From positions 333,312,001 through 333,376,000 of the forward strand of contig OZ024741.1 in the NCBI GenBank assembly GCA_964016885.1: a stretch of DNA of 64,000 bases, in the 5' to 3' direction. Origin of the DNA: Eledone cirrhosa. Taxonomy: Eukaryota. Each line of letters begins with the position of its first letter. Within the stretch, counting starts at the first letter, position 1. A program made the position numbers and the translations under genes. This document shows, in pieces, positions 42,523-56,664 of the stretch. The notes beneath the pieces were generated by a model that saw nothing but the letters and a program-made list of their open reading frames with translations, had not been told where the DNA came from and searched no databases.

Positions 42523-43355
42523 TTACTACTACCATCATCACCATCAGAACCACTGCTACTAATATTACTGCTACTATTTCCATGATCCCTGCCACAATGT
42601 TGACCACCAATGCCACCACACATACCACTACTACTAACACCATCATCACTACAACGTCCACCACCACCAATACACTCTCCACCACCACAACCACCAAAGC
42701 CACCACAACCACCAAAACCACCACCACCACAACCAGCACTACTCCCTCCACCACATTACCACTAGTACTACTACCTCCAGTACACTATTACCACCACAAC
42801 TGCCACCATCATAACCACTAGTACTACTCCCTCCACAACCAGCAGTACTATTCTCACTACCACATTACCACGAGTACACTACCACCACTTCAAGTGCCAC
42901 CACCACAACCACCAAAACCACCACCATCAGCTCTACACCCTCCACCACACCACCACCAACACTACACCCTCCACCACACCACCACCAGCACTACACCCTC
43001 CACCACACCACCACCAGCACAACTCTTTCCACCATCACCACCACTACTCTCTCCACCACACTACCACTAGCCCTACTCCTTCCAGTACACTACCATCACC
43101 ACCAAAACTGCCACCACCACTGCCACAGCCCCCCCCCCCCCCGCACTACCATACCAGAACTGCCACCATCATAATCACCACCACCACCACCACCACCACC
43201 ACAACTGCCACCATCATAACCACCACCACCACCACTACCAGCACCACCACTACCATACCACAACTGCCACCATCATAACCATCACTACCACCACCACCAC
43301 TACCACCACCACAACGGCCACCATCATAACCACCACCACCATTACCACCACCATG
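42345..43355. repeat. (ACT)n/(GCT)n/(ACC)n trinucleotide tract
   Basis: Directly visible. Confidence 0.95.
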
Positions 43356-43610
43356 AATAACATGAGGAAGAGCAACTATATAATATAAACTAACATATTA
43401 GGTTAAGACTTAATCAATGTGACAAGATGGCCTTTTGTAACCTTATCTTTGTATTTAACTTGAAGACTGACATAAGAGTTGACTGTTGGAATATCACTTT
43501 CCAAATATATGTAAATATATGCAAATATGTGCTGAAATGACTTCATGATTAAAGAGTTCACTTCACAACCATGTGGTTTCTAGTTCAGTCCTACAGTATT
43601 GTCGCTTGGC

Positions 43611-44400
43611 CATGGAGATGATACAGGATCGAGATCTCTGGTGTTATGATCTACTGCAGAAGACCAACATACCCTCATTCGTATGTACACAGGATGAAAC
43701 AAACATAGAAGACACAAGCCTGCACCAATGTTCTGCTCTTTACCTCCCCACAGTATTAAGCCCCATCCCCCATCCAGCCACCATCTCTACCCCCACCTCT
43801 CCAGCTAAATATCCTACACACCTCACCCATGTCTAACTTACTTATTTGTTTCCCCAACCTACACTCCTCACTCCTGATACACCAAACCATGCATACAAAA
43901 AAAAAAGAATGCCAAGTCCACCCTGTATGAGGATACAGTGCCACAACAACTTATAGCACCAAGTCCACTCTTTAAGGCGATTGTGTTGGTGAGATGAAAA
44001 AAGTGCCCTGTCCACCCTGTAAGGTTGCTGTGCTGGAGACTTCACAAAAAAGCATCCAGCTTACCCTGTTAGGTGGTTATTTTGGTGACATGATAAAAAA
44101 GCACCTATCCCAAACTGTAACATGGTTGGTGTTAGGAACGGCATCCAGCCAGAGAAACCAAGCCAAATTATAGATCCATATGAGCAAGACATGGTCTCTG
44201 TGTGTGTGACAGCTCATGCCTATGCAAATTTAGCTGGCTTCCTCCAAGGTATACCTCGTTGGCGGTGCCTGGGGTAATTTAATGATAGGGACCCCAGTCC
44301 TATCGTCTCCTTTCTACAGGTCTCTAGACCTGACTTGTCTCATAATGTGACAATCCATCTAACCCATGCAAGAATGGAAAAATAGACATTAAATGGTGAT
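43611..44400 (+). mobile_element. Old RTE LINE 3' end and UTR
   Basis: MIQDRDLW..LLQKT remnant, aaaaagcacc repeats, ggttggtgttaggaacggcatccagcc, ctaacccatgcaagaatggaaaaatagacattaaatggtgat. Confidence 0.7.
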
Positions 44401-44419
44401 TATATATATATATATGGTG

Positions 44420-45735
44420 AGACAATTACAAGAGACGTTCTAAGAGAAGAATAAGTCACTATACTTATCCTTTGTTGACCTAGAGAAGGCCTTTGATAGG
44501 GTACCCCGATCTGTCATTTGGTGGTCCCTAAGGGAACTAGGTGTTGAGGAATGGCTTGTGAGGACAGTGCAAACGTTGTACAGAGGTACTGTCAGTAAAG
44601 TCAGGGTAGGAATGGAGTTTAGTGAGGAATTCCAGATACAAGTAGGAGTACATCAAGGTTAGGTCCTCAGCCCACTCTTGTTCATTATAGTCCTCCAAGC
44701 CATAACAGAGGAGTTTAAGACTGGCTGTCCATGGGAACTTCTCTATGCTGACGATCTGGTTCTTATAGCAGAATCAGTAAAGGAGCTAGAGAATAAATTC
44801 TGGCTATGGAAACAGCAGTTGGAAGCAAGAGGACTGAGAGTGAACCTAAGACAAAAGTGTTGATGAGTAGAAAAGAGGACAAAACTCTGATTCCGTCAGG
44901 GAAATGGCCATGTTGGATATGCAGAAAAGGAACTGGCATAAATTCTATAAAATGCACACAATGCAGATCCTGGGTACACAAGAGATGTAGTGGGATAGCA
45001 GACAAACTAACAGGTAGGGAGAAATACATATGCAGTAGATGTACAGGGAAATTAGACAGTAGAAGTCGCATTGATTGACACATTTTTCAAATGCAGGCGG
45101 GTGCTATAGAAGTGGTGGATAGCTTCCGGTACCTAGGAGATCAGATTAGCATGGGAGGGGGGTGTTCCGAGGCCATAGTATCTAGAATAAGAACGGGTTG
45201 GAAGAAGTTTAGGGAGCTGCTTCCTCTGCTGATGAAGAAGGGTTTCTCCCTGCATACGAAAGGCCGGTTATATGATGCCTGTGTGAGGAGCGCGATGCTG
45301 CATGGTAGTGAGACATGGGCAGCAACTGCAGAGGATATGTGATGGCTGGAGAGAAATGAGGCAAGCATCCTCCGTTGGTTGTGCAATGTCATTGTGCATG
45401 ATCGACCCAGCATGAATGTGTTGAGAGAGAAACTGTGTCTGAGAGGGATAGAATGTAGTGTGCGAGAGAGGAGACTGAGGTGGTATGGACATGTGATGCG
45501 CATGGAGGATGACCGATGGGTGCCAGGAAATGCTAGTTGAAGGAAGACGTGGTAGAGGTAGATCACGAAAAACTTGGGCGGCGGTGGTGAGAACAGACCT
45601 CAGATCGCTGAAGCTCACGGTGGAGATGACGAAGGACCGTGACGAGTGGAGAGATGCTGTGCTGAATAAGACCCGTCCCACCCTTGCAAGCAGGGAAAAG
45701 CGGATGTAAAATGATGATGATGATGATGATGATGA
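44420..45735 (+). mobile_element. 5'-truncated RTE LINE (third subfamily, almost no 3'UTR)
   Basis: FVDLEKAFDRVPR, YADD, intact PHD-type finger, FRYLG, RRLRWYGHV; several stops; ORF ends ..ASREKRM* directly before (ATG)n. Confidence 0.95.
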
Positions 45736-46036
45736 AGGCACGTGGCTGAGTTTCCTGGACCGGGTCATGCATTATGTCCTTTATTTCAAGTTGCTCCTTA
45801 TACCTGGAGTATTAGCAACTGGAAAGACCACCTGAAACATTGTTTCCTCGGTCCGATTTGACAAAAGTTGATCGACTGTCGATATCATCATCATCATCAT
45901 CATCTTCGTTCGTTTAGCGTCCATCTTCCACGCTAGCATGGATTAGATGGGAGTTGTCCCACTTGAGGCAAAGTTATATATATATATATATATGTGTGTA
46001 TATATATATATATATTTAATTAGAAAGTGAACAACA

Positions 46037-46108
46037 GAATATACAACTAATCCATTACCAAAGGTTTCAGGGTCCTGAAACCTTTGGTAATGGAGTAGTT
46101 ATATGTTC
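46037..46108. repeat. Near-perfect hairpin (~35-bp arms, 2-nt loop)
   Basis: aactaatccattaccaaaggtttcagg gt cctgaaacctttggtaatggagtagtt. Confidence 0.9.
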
Positions 46109-46169
46109 TATACATAGAGCACTCTTTTTTCCTTTGCTTTTCTTCGGAATTACATAACATATATATATT

Positions 46170-46521
46170 ATCATCATCATCCTCATCATCATCTTCATCA
46201 TCATTTCATTTTACGTCCTCTTTTCCCTGCTTGCAAGGGTGGGACGGGAACTGATTCTGGCTTGATTTCTACAGCTGGATGCCCTTCCTAACACCAACCT
46301 CATTTACAGTGAGTGCTGGGTGCTTTTTTGCCGTGGCACCTGCACGACCACTCTGCAGTGGAATGATAGGGACTCCAGTCCCTATCATCTCATTTCTACA
46401 GCTGAGTAAACTGGAGCAATGTGAAATAAAGTGTCTTGCTCAAGGAAACAACACATCACCTGGTCTGAGAATTGAACTCTCAACCTTTCGATTGCAAGGC
46501 TCTAACCACTAACCATGTGCC
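46170..46521 (-). mobile_element. RTE-tailed tRNA SINE
   Basis: Reverse complement of 13891-14215 with a small head deletion. Confidence 0.9.
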
Positions 46522-46884
46522 TCCATTATCAGTTTGATATAACTCTGCACTACCAGAGGTTTCAAGATGTAAACATGTCTAAATCATCAGATGCACATGA
46601 CGATAGTAAACAAAGATGTTAATGACAACAATAACAATAATAAAAATGATGACAACAATAATAATGATGACAATGATAAAGATGATGATGATGACATGAC
46701 AGTGAAACAAAAACAACAATACTAATGATGACAATGACGATGATGATGATTATCTAAACATTAAATGAATTCCCCTTCCCCTAATAAATATTGAACAGAT
46801 ATTTTTGATTGGTTGTCAAATTTGCGTTCCTAATTTCTCCAACAAAATGAGGATTATTTAACTCTTATACAACATTTTTTCACT

Positions 46885-48185
46885 TGTTGTTGCTGTTGTA
46901 TTGGTGTTGTTGTTGTATTGGTGTTGTTGGTGGTGATTATTGGTGTTGTTGGTGGTGGTAGTGGTGTTGTTGTTGATGGTAATGGTGTTGTTGGTGGTGG
47001 TAGTGGTGTTGTTGTTGATGGTAATGGTGTTGTTGGTGGTGGTAGTGGTGTTGTTGTTGATGGTAGTGGTGTTGTTGTTCTTGTTGATGGTAGTGGTGTT
47101 TGTTGTTATTGCTGGTGGTGGTGTTGTTGTTGTTGTTGGTGGTGTTGTTGTTGTTGTTGTTGGTGGTGGTGGTGTTGTTGTTGGTGGTGGTAGTGGTGTT
47201 GTTGTTGATGGTAGTGGTGTTGTTGTTCTTGTTGATGGTAGTGGTGTTTGTTGTTATTGCTGGTGGTGGTGTTGTTGTTGGTGGTGGTGGTGTTGTTGTT
47301 GTTGTTGTTAGTGGTGGTGGTGTTTGTTGTTATTGCTGGTGGTGGTGTTGTTGTTGTTGGTGGTGGTGTTGTTGTTGTTGTTGTTGGTGGTGGTGGTGTT
47401 GTTGTTGGTGGTGGTGTTGCTGTTGTTGTTGGTGGTGGTGTTATTGTTGGTAGTGGTATTGTTTCTTGTTGTTTGTTGGTGGTGGTGTTGTTGGTGTTAT
47501 TGTTGTTGGTGTTGTTGTTGGTGGTGTTATTGTTGGTGGTAGTATTGTTTCTTGTTGTTGGTAGTCTTGTTGGTGATGGTGGTGTTTGTTGTTGTTGGTG
47601 GTGTTGTTGTTGCTGGTGTTTGTTGTTGTTAGTGATGTTGTTTGTTATTCTTATTATTGTTGTTGATGTTTGTTAGTGTTTATTATTGTTGTTGGTGTTT
47701 GTTAGATTTTTTTTATTGTTGTTGTTATTGTGTTATTGTAGTGTTGTTAGTGCTGTTATTGTTGTTAGTGTTGTTATTGATGTTGTTTTTATTGTTTAAT
47801 TTTTGTTTTTGTTTTATCCACTGATTGGAACAGATTTGATTTACACACTTTTTTCTCCATTTCACCTTTCTGTAATTTCTAGAAGTCTGCTGTTGCTGTT
47901 GTTATTGTTGTGAATGGTGGTAGTGGTGATGGTGGTTGTCATATTGTTGTTGATGTTGAGGACAATGCTGATGGTGGAGATGGCAGTAATGCCAGCCATG
48001 TTGATGATGATGATGATAGCAATGATGATAATGTTTATGATATTGGTGATAGTCGTAATGGTGCTGATGCTAGTTGTGGTGGTGATCATGTTAATAATGA
48101 TGAAGATGATGTTTGTGGAGGTGATGATGGAGGTGGTAGTGATAATGGTGGTAATGGTAGTGGTAGTTATGATGAGGATAATCAT
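46885..48185. repeat. (GTT)n/(GGT)n/(GAT)n low-complexity tracts
   Basis: Directly visible. Confidence 0.9.
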
Positions 48186-48514
48186 AGAGAAGGTTTTTTT
48201 TGTTGTTATTGGTATTGGTACTTAATCCCAGGTTGTCAGCCCTGGTTGAGCAAATGTCTGATCAAAAGACATTCCATTCATGACCAACCCACCTTATTGC
48301 CAACTGTTATGTACTATGGAGGACATCATCCAATGTTTTTTTATGTCCTTAACAATTTTACTACCATATTTCTAATGAAATATACTGCCAATGTGTTTTA
48401 ATTAATTTTAAAACAACCAAATATTCTGAGGAATTTAATAAAATAACTAAGTTTGTTATTAATAAATGGTTAAGGTGTTGTTCTTATGATCATAATGTTG
48501 TCAGTTGGATACCT

Positions 48515-48730
48515 GGATAGAGTGCTGTGTTGTGTTATTGTGCAATACACTTTATTTCACTCATTGCTACAGTACATTCAGCTGAGAGTGAATACCAGCA
48601 GTAGCTGGGGAGTTAATCCTGAGATAGACAGGTGTCCTATCCAGGGAGAGTCTTATACTTTCAGTCACTTAACCGTAAGAAAACTGGGGATAAGCACTGA
48701 TAAGCCTTTGGCTTAGAACAGACTTTAACT
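48515..48730 (+). mobile_element. Old SINE fragment (V-SINE-like central domain)
   Basis: tgtgttgtgttattgtgcaatacactttatttc resembles the central domain of the SINE at 13965; followed by cctgagatagacaggtgtcctatccaggg. Confidence 0.5.
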
Positions 48731-48849
48731 AACTCATTAGGAAATTGGTGTTTGAAACATTACTTAACAAAACGTTTCTAAAATAAAATTATGATGGAAA
48801 GTTTTAATATAAATATAAATAAATATCGTGCATATGTAATTGATCTCTC

Positions 48850-48926
48850 GGAGTTCCCTTGGCTTAATAGCTTAAAGCACCTAACCAGTATCTGGGAGAA
48901 ATGGGGTTTGATTCCTCATAGGGGCT
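48850..48926 (+). mobile_element. Degenerate tRNA-like head (pseudo-tRNA or SINE head)
   Basis: A-box-like tggcttaatagcttaaagcac and B-box-like ggtttgattcc, spaced as in a tRNA. Confidence 0.45.
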
Positions 48927-49768
48927 GATGGCAACTATTTTTTCTGTCTTTAAGGGTCTTCACCCTATTTAATTAGCTATTTTACACCATCTCTACATAT
49001 GAGCACACAACCCTTTATATAGATAGATATATTTTAAAATAAGCAGTTTTGTATCTTTTATGATAAACCCAGGGACAGTTTCAGACAGTTTGGTACCAAA
49101 AAAGGTAAACATTAAAATGTGATTTCAGGGAATATAGCTGCTATTTCTATTTCTATCATGGTGATGATGCTTTTGCTGTTGAGGGTGATAAGGACAATGG
49201 GTATTATGATAATGATGATGATGTTTATGGAGGGGAATTAGGATGGAAGTTGTGCTGGTTTTGATAATGATGTTTAGGGTGGTGGTGTCAGAGGTGATAG
49301 TGGTGTCAATGGTGATGGTGGTGTTGGTGGTGATGTCAGTGGTGATGGTGGTGATGGTGGTGGTGTCAATGGTGATGGTGGTGTTGGTATCAGTGGTGAT
49401 GGTGGTGGTGGTGGTGGTAATGGGACCAGTAGTTATAGTGGTGGTGGTGGTGGTGATGGTGGTGGTGATAATAATTGCGATCATTGTGATGGGGTGATGA
49501 TGGTCAAAGAGTAAAATATGTACAAGAAAAAAAAAAGAGAAGAAAGGAAAAATTATAAAGAATATTACAGGAAAACAGAGAGATGGAGAGTAAGAGATAG
49601 ATAGATAGAGAGATTAGGTTAGATAGATAGAGAGATAGATAGAGAGAGAGAGATAGATAGAGATAGATAGATAGATAGATTGAGAGAAAGATAGAGATGT
49701 ATTAAAGAGAGAGAGAGGAAGAGATGTGTAGAAAGAGAGAAAGAGGGGTAGAAAGAGAAAGAGATGTA

Positions 49769-49822
<54 letters not shown>

Positions 49823-50294
49823 TGTATAAAGAGAGAGAGAGATGGGCGATGGTGGATGTTATTGGTCATGGAAATGAGAAGAGAAGCTGATGTGTAAATA
49901 AACAATGATAAATTGTCCATGTGGCTGTGACTTCATATTAATGTTCTTCTCTCTGTTGGTTTGCACTTCATTTATTTCAAACCATTTCTCTCCCCTTACC
50001 CTCTCTCTCTCTACACCACACACACACTGTCTCCCTCTCTCTTTCTCTCTGTGCTGGTGGAGCTTCAAAATGGCCATCACATCAGATAAATCAAAAAATA
50101 ACACAGCTAGACAGATATTGGCAAATATTTCCAATAAAGTGAAAAAATTTTTTAATTAAAAAGATAAACAGATAAAAGGAAAAAGAAAAAAATTAATAAT
50201 AATAATGATAATAATATTAATAATAATAAGTGTGACAGGCAACAATGGTGATGATATCGTGAGGATTTCAAAATGCAAAAAAAGTAATAATAAT

Positions 50295-50342
50295 GCTGGT
50301 ACTACTACTACTACTACAACTACTACTACTACTACTACTACA

Positions 50343-50388
<46 letters not shown>

Positions 50389-50467
50389 ATAATAATAATA
50401 ATAATAATGATAATAATAATAATACTTTCTTTATTGACCATAATAAAGATAAAGATTATGATGGTGT

Positions 50468-50501
<34 letters not shown>

Positions 50502-50980
50502 ATGGTGGTCACCATTATGTCCACCATTGTCCTCCTTGATACCACCACCATTAACAGTCACCCCAACCAACACCACCACCACCACCAGCAACAACAACAA
50601 CAACACAACCAATAGACACTACCAGTAGAAATCACCACCACCTCCAACAACAACAAAACCACGACCATCACCAACAACACTAATACCAACACTACTACCA
50701 ATACTACTGCTAACACCAACAACAGCACTATCACCATCACGAACAACAACAACATAACCACCACCACCAACAACATAACCACCACCACCAACAACAATAA
50801 CAACATAACCACCACCACCACCACTACCACCACCACCCCCAACAACAACAACAACAACAACATAATACTAAAACTACTCCCAACACCAACAATAGCCTTA
50901 TCACCATCACTATCAACAACAACACCATCACCACCAACAACAACAACAGCAACACTACCATAACCACAACAATAATAACT
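50295..50980. repeat. (ACT)n/(AAT)n/(GAT)n/(ACC/AAC)n tracts
   Basis: Directly visible. Confidence 0.9.
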
Positions 50981-51276
50981 TGAGAAGAAAAATTGAAAAT
51001 AAGATGAAAGCTAAGACAGACAAATAGAAAAAAATATTTAAATAAGAAGGTGGTGGGGCAGAAGGATTGATTCCTGATTCCAAATAATGAATGCAGCTTG
51101 TACTGAATTACATCACATATATTACATAGTTTTGCATTATACATTTCTGAATATATATTACGTACATATACAGTTCTGAATTATATACATATATATCCTA
51201 CAGTTCTGATTTACAAACATATACGTTCCTCTGTTCTAAATTAGATATATACATATGTATGTATATATATATATGT

Positions 51277-51327
<51 letters not shown>

Positions 51328-52279
51328 GAAATACTGTTGGCTTCACGCTCACAACAATTTCTATACTTTAATTTATATATATATATATATATATATATAT
51401 GGAAATGGGTTCTACAGGACTAGAGGTGTATATATATGTGTGTATGTGTGTATAAATTCCACAGTTCTGAATTACATACACATATATATATATATATATA
51501 TACACACATACATCCATATACATTCCATGGTTCTGAAAATAAAATTAATTTCTTATATTTGTCACTGAGAGCTATCAAATAGAACACAAATTTATACCAT
51601 AGGTTTTAGCCTGAAGGTGTTACTGAGTCTGAAATATAGAAATAAATATGGATGTATATATGTATATATATGTAATGTAATGTATGTATATTTACATATA
51701 TGTATTATGTGTGTATTAATTTGGATATGTATAAATATAGATATGTCTAATACATCTAGATGTGTATGTATGTGCTTCAGTGTTATGTATGTGCTTGTAT
51801 CAATAATATATATATGTATATATATATATGAGCCATTAGCTTTCAAATAAATACACATGAACAAATAACAAATACATTGATAAAAGCCTTATTATATATG
51901 CCTTATTCATATACATACCTACATAAATATATGCATTTATACATACATATGTACATACATATATGATGGCTGCCCCTCGTTATCGAGTATGGCCATTGCA
52001 TGATATACCATTATTAATAATCATTAATTAATTCTATTGTGCAATGCCTGTGCATAAAATATTTTTCAAAGTGAGGAAACACTGTGCACTGAGTCAATCC
52101 CACTCTCTGAACGACAGCAGCTACAACTCAAAAAGAAGAAAAGATCAACATCATCGGTAACTACTGAGCTGCAGGTTTTATATTGGAGCTATCCCAGTTT
52201 CCTGAGTTGCCTTCTCCTAGAAGAATGCCCTGAGAAGGGCTAGGGGGTCCTTCACATGTGTATATACATATTTACACAC

Positions 52280-52475
52280 TTTTGGATGGCCGTTGACTCT
52301 TATGAGTTCTTCCGCCCTCTGTCAGGTTTTGTTTTTTGTCCTGCAAGGTGTCCAAAATCACTCTCCTCCCCAAGTAAACTTGGTGGGGTTGCCAGTTTAG
52401 TCCCCAACGACCCGACCATACGACAGGTTGTACTGGGTTACATGTTACCAGTAGCACTCAAGAGTGACCCGACAT
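52280..52475 (+). repeat. Interspersed repeat ending in (ACAT)n, same family as 1-170
   Basis: Colinear similarity with the window start. Confidence 0.8.
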
Positions 52476-52497
52476 ACATACATACATACATACATAC

Positions 52498-53405
52498 ATC
52501 GGAAGATCCTATTCAATGTTCAAACAAGATGAAAAAATTGACCAATTTACAGAAAAAGTTGTGCATGGATACTTGAGACGTAAAACACAGACCATAGAGG
52601 GGATAAACCACTCAAAAAGCCTGGCATGGAGTTCCGAGAAGTTTATGACATCACACCTTGAGGGATATCTCTATGCAATACAGGAACAAGAACTCCCTAC
52701 CAAATATCTGTGGCACAAAAGAGGAGGGCCATCAGCTGACAATAAATGTAGGCTATGTAAAACAAAGATCGAAGATGTAAGCCACATTGTTGCCAGCTGC
52801 GAAAGAATGTCATCTCGCTACTACCTCCCCATGAGACACGATGGGATAGCTAGAACCATCTGGAACGCACTTTGGAAAACAAAATTAAAAATAAACGAGG
52901 AAGAATATATTGAGACAGATGGCACTAAGGAATACTGGTGGAACCTGAAAATAAAAACTGCCACCATATTAAAGCACAACCGGCCTGATATTGTTGTTTG
53001 GGACCACACATTGAAAATCTGTTCTGTTGTGGAGATCAGCTGCCCACTTGTTGTCAACGATGTCAGAAAAATACAGGAGACGGAGGACATCTACGGACCA
53101 TTGATGAGGAGTTTACAAATCCAGTATCCAAGATACACCTTTAGCTTCATACCCATCATTATTGGAGCTACGGATTATATACCAACCCGCTTGGACCAAT
53201 GTATAACTGATCTTGGATTTGCGGACAAAGAGCGCAGCTCCCTAATTCATAGTCTACAAATGGCTGCGGTAGCTGGCACCTTCAAAATTTGCAAAACATT
53301 CTTGCGATTCAAGGGATGACAATTTCTTTTCTTTTACAACCTTGCCACCAGGAAGGTGGCCAGTTAAAAAGTATACTCGAAATTAAGAGAAAGAGATAAT
53401 ACACA
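52498..53405 (+). mobile_element. 5'-truncated R4/Dong-like non-LTR retrotransposon (RLE type)
   Basis: 5' junction in (TACA)n; uninterrupted ORF; short 3'UTR with hairpin gccaccaggaaggtggc. Confidence 0.85.
52516..53319 (+). pseudogene. C-terminal CCHC zinc knuckle plus restriction-like endonuclease of an R4-clade retrotransposon
   Basis: EGYLYAIQEQ, CRLC-x8-H-x4-C, RHD, HNRPDIVVWD, VEISCP, PIIIGA; RT absent through truncation. Confidence 0.9.
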
Positions 53406-54555
53406 TAAATACTGTTCAGTACATTGATGTTCTTAAATCCACTCTGGATCCCTAAAACTATTACCAGTAATATAGTGGGGATCCTTGATTTTGTTGACAT
53501 TCAATGTTTCCTCTCAATAAATTAATGGATCTACCTTTGCCAAAGAACAACATGATTATAATAAACTAGTGGACTAGTAGATAGTATCAGCAATGGAAAG
53601 ACCAATGGAAACATTGTTTCTTTGGTTCAATTTGATGAAGTTCCATCCCAGTTAGTAAGCAAATGAGGTCTGAGATCATTAAGAGAAAAAACAGTGGACC
53701 AATGCCACCAATAATAATGGCAATGGTATCTGGTATTGACTGTATTTAATTTTGGTAGTCCAGGATTGAAGTGACATATATATATATACCAAGATTAACA
53801 AATATATGAAGAATCATACAAACTGGATAGCTTGTGCTTTGATAAATTTATGGGTTGCTGTTAATATATTGTGCTTATATATAATTAGAGGACTTGTGCC
53901 ATCGATAATGATAGCAATTTTAGAGTCCAGTATTGTTATGTCATATATACGAGGATTACTAGATGTATGAACAATCACACAAACTGGGAAATTTGTGTTT
54001 TGATAAGTTAATAGATTGCATAAGAGAAACTTATAATTTATGTTGATTACTGATGCGTGGAAATGATTAAGAATGATATTTTAATAATAAGAATGATATT
54101 TCAATAATCTATTTCTAGGATATTGTTACACAAATGTTCAGCATGTATGTATAAATGACATACAGGATTAAATGTATGAGTAACTTTAGAGAATGACTAA
54201 TTACAGGAACAAATGTAAGTTTAGACCCTAGGACATTTTGATTGGAAAACAACCTTATCAACATGACTGAGATAGGAAATGTATTGTGTGTATATCTTTA
54301 TGCAAATTTTCAAGTCATTGACAGAGAAGTATATAAATAAATCTACAAACACACACGCTGTGTTATTATGGTTGTTTATGTACATATGTGTGTACAAGAC
54401 TCTTCTTCTGATTCAAGTAAATGTTGACTCCCTGTGATTCTTCTGTATTTTCTCAGAAAGAATATCCTAAAGTCTAATAATCTAATAATGTTTCTAGAAT
54501 ATTCTAAGGATTATTTCCAACACTTCACCTCAACTTTGAGGTTCAAAAACTTCAT

Positions 54556-54862
54556 TTAACCCTTTCATGTTCATATTTCTAATGAAATACATTGTATTCC
54601 AATTAACTCTTCTGATATGAAACTGCCTGAAACTAGTCTGGATTTATCAAACAAAGCTTGTTCATGTTAAAATGTTTATTTTTATATAAAAATCTTGCAT
54701 CATAATTTTATTTTAGAGATTTTTGTTTAGTAATGCTTTAAATATCAGCTTCCTATGAAAAACTTATTTCATTAAATTCCTCCAATATTTTGATCATTTG
54801 AAAAATTAATTGCAACACATAAGCAGTGTATTTCATTAGAAATATGCTGATGAAAAGGTTAA
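54556..54862. mobile_element. piggyBac-like MITE
   Basis: TTAA at both ends; imperfect ~35-bp TIR ccctttcat...catatttctaatgaaatac; related single ends near 15899 and 48349. Confidence 0.75.
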
Positions 54863-55109
54863 TCAAGATTTTTTGTGGGATTTTCTAAAATTATTAATTA
54901 TTTCATTACTAACATAAAATAAGTTTCTTATAAAACATTATGTTGGAAAATTTCAATTTAAATAAAAGGAACACTTTAAAATGGATGGTTTTGTTCATAT
55001 GTATAGAAAGGACAGGACTAGAACTGTTTCATTTGTATGAAATGATCAAAAATGGACCTTCCTGGTGATTTCACATAAATGGAAGAATTCTTGTTCTGTA
55101 GAAGTCATT

Positions 55110-55237
55110 TCATCATCATCATCATCATTTCATTTTACGTCCGCTTTTTCCCTGCTTGCAAGGGTGGGACGGGAACTGATTCTGGCTTGATTTCTACAGC
55201 TGCATGCCCTTCCTAACACCAGCCTCATTTACAGTGA
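55110..55237 (-). mobile_element. 3' fragment of the RTE-tailed SINE
   Basis: Reverse complement of 14107-14215. Confidence 0.9.
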
Positions 55238-55261
55238 ACTCATTTAACCATCTTTTGATCT

Positions 55262-55292
<31 letters not shown>

Positions 55293-55703
55293 GTACAAGA
55301 TGGACTATCTGAGATTCAAAGTATTAGCTTTGTTTGAATCCCTTTGAGGGTGACTGGCCGAGGTGAAAGCAGCTAGTTGGTCAGTCGTCCTCTCTGTCTC
55401 TGATTTTTTGGACCCATGGTTTTTACATATTCCTTTGTTATATTTCGAATACCTGATGATATCACCGGATTCATATGGAACCCGGTCATTGAAATGATCA
55501 TAGTATAATAAACCTTTCAAGGATTTACACCAGTCCAGCCTCCTGTTATTTTATTTATAATTAACCCAGTATTCGCACCACCAACTACACAAACGAAGAC
55601 GGCTGAACTGCAGTACGTTGAGTAGTCTCCACAATAGTATACCAAGATTGACCATACGGAATGACCAATTCTATCCAGTTGTGAGCCAACAAACCTAAAG
55701 AAT
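55293..55703 (+). mobile_element. (TA)n-flanked hammerhead-containing block, probable PLE pseudo-LTR
   Basis: Bounded by (TA)n; first ~55 bp repeated at 56795-56851. Confidence 0.6.
55449..55506 (+). ncRNA. Hammerhead ribozyme with minimal palindromic stem III and long stem II
   Basis: ATAC-CTGATGA-tatcACCGGattcatatggaacCCGGTcatt-GAAA-TGATCA-TA-GTAT; core intact, base of stem II mismatched. Confidence 0.7.
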
Positions 55704-55716
55704 ATATATATATATG

Positions 55717-55751
<35 letters not shown>

Positions 55752-55759
<8 letters not shown>

Positions 55760-55997
55760 TGGTAAACGGAAAAGAAAATGCTGACAAATTCTTCACAGTG
55801 AAAAATAGTTTAATTAGGAATAAGTGAGAATTAGTAATAAATTATTTTTGAAAAGCATTAGAAATGCGGAACCGGTAAAACTTAAAACCAAAACTGAATA
55901 CTAACCAATACTATTACTAATTCTCACTTATTCCTAATTAAACTATTTTTCACTGTGAACAATTTGTCAGCATTTTCTTTTCCGTTTACCAATATAT
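55752..55997. mobile_element. Fold-back element with degenerate hammerhead in the spacer
   Basis: Arms ~55752-55839 and ~55913-55997; spacer 55845-55880 TTT-TTGAAAA-GCATTagaAATGC-GGAA-CCGG-TA-AAA. Confidence 0.75.
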
Positions 55998-56030
55998 CAT
56001 AACTTGATAACTTGTGTGTTACACCTCGAT

Positions 56031-56270
<240 letters not shown>

Positions 56271-56283
56271 GTATATATGTATG

Positions 56284-56314
<31 letters not shown>

Positions 56315-56329
56315 ATATATATATATGAA

Positions 56330-56664
56330 GGCACATGGCTTAGTGGTTAGAGCATTGGCCTTGCAATTGAAAGGTTGTGAGTTCAATTCTCAGACCGGCT
56401 GATGTGTTGTTTCCTTGAGCAAGACACTTTATTTCACATTGCTCCAGTTTACTCAACTGTATAAAATGAGATCATAGGGACTGGGGTCCCTATCATTCCA
56501 CTGCAAAGTGGTCATGGAGGTGCCACGGCAAAAAGGCACCCAGCACTCACTGTAAATGAGGTTGGTGTTAGGAAGGGCATCCAGCTGTAGAAATCAAGCC
56601 AGAATCAGTTCCCGTCCCACCCTTGCAAGCAGGGAAAAAGCGGACGTAAAATGAAATGATGATG
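56330..56664 (+). mobile_element. Full-length RTE-tailed tRNA SINE
   Basis: Close match to 13891-14215; inserted in (TA)n. Confidence 0.92.

Noticed and set aside
52180-52253. RTE 5'-UTR-like or HDV-like ribozyme motif (ctaggagaaggcaactc on minus)
   Set aside because: Could not assemble the nested double pseudoknot by eye; too degenerate to call
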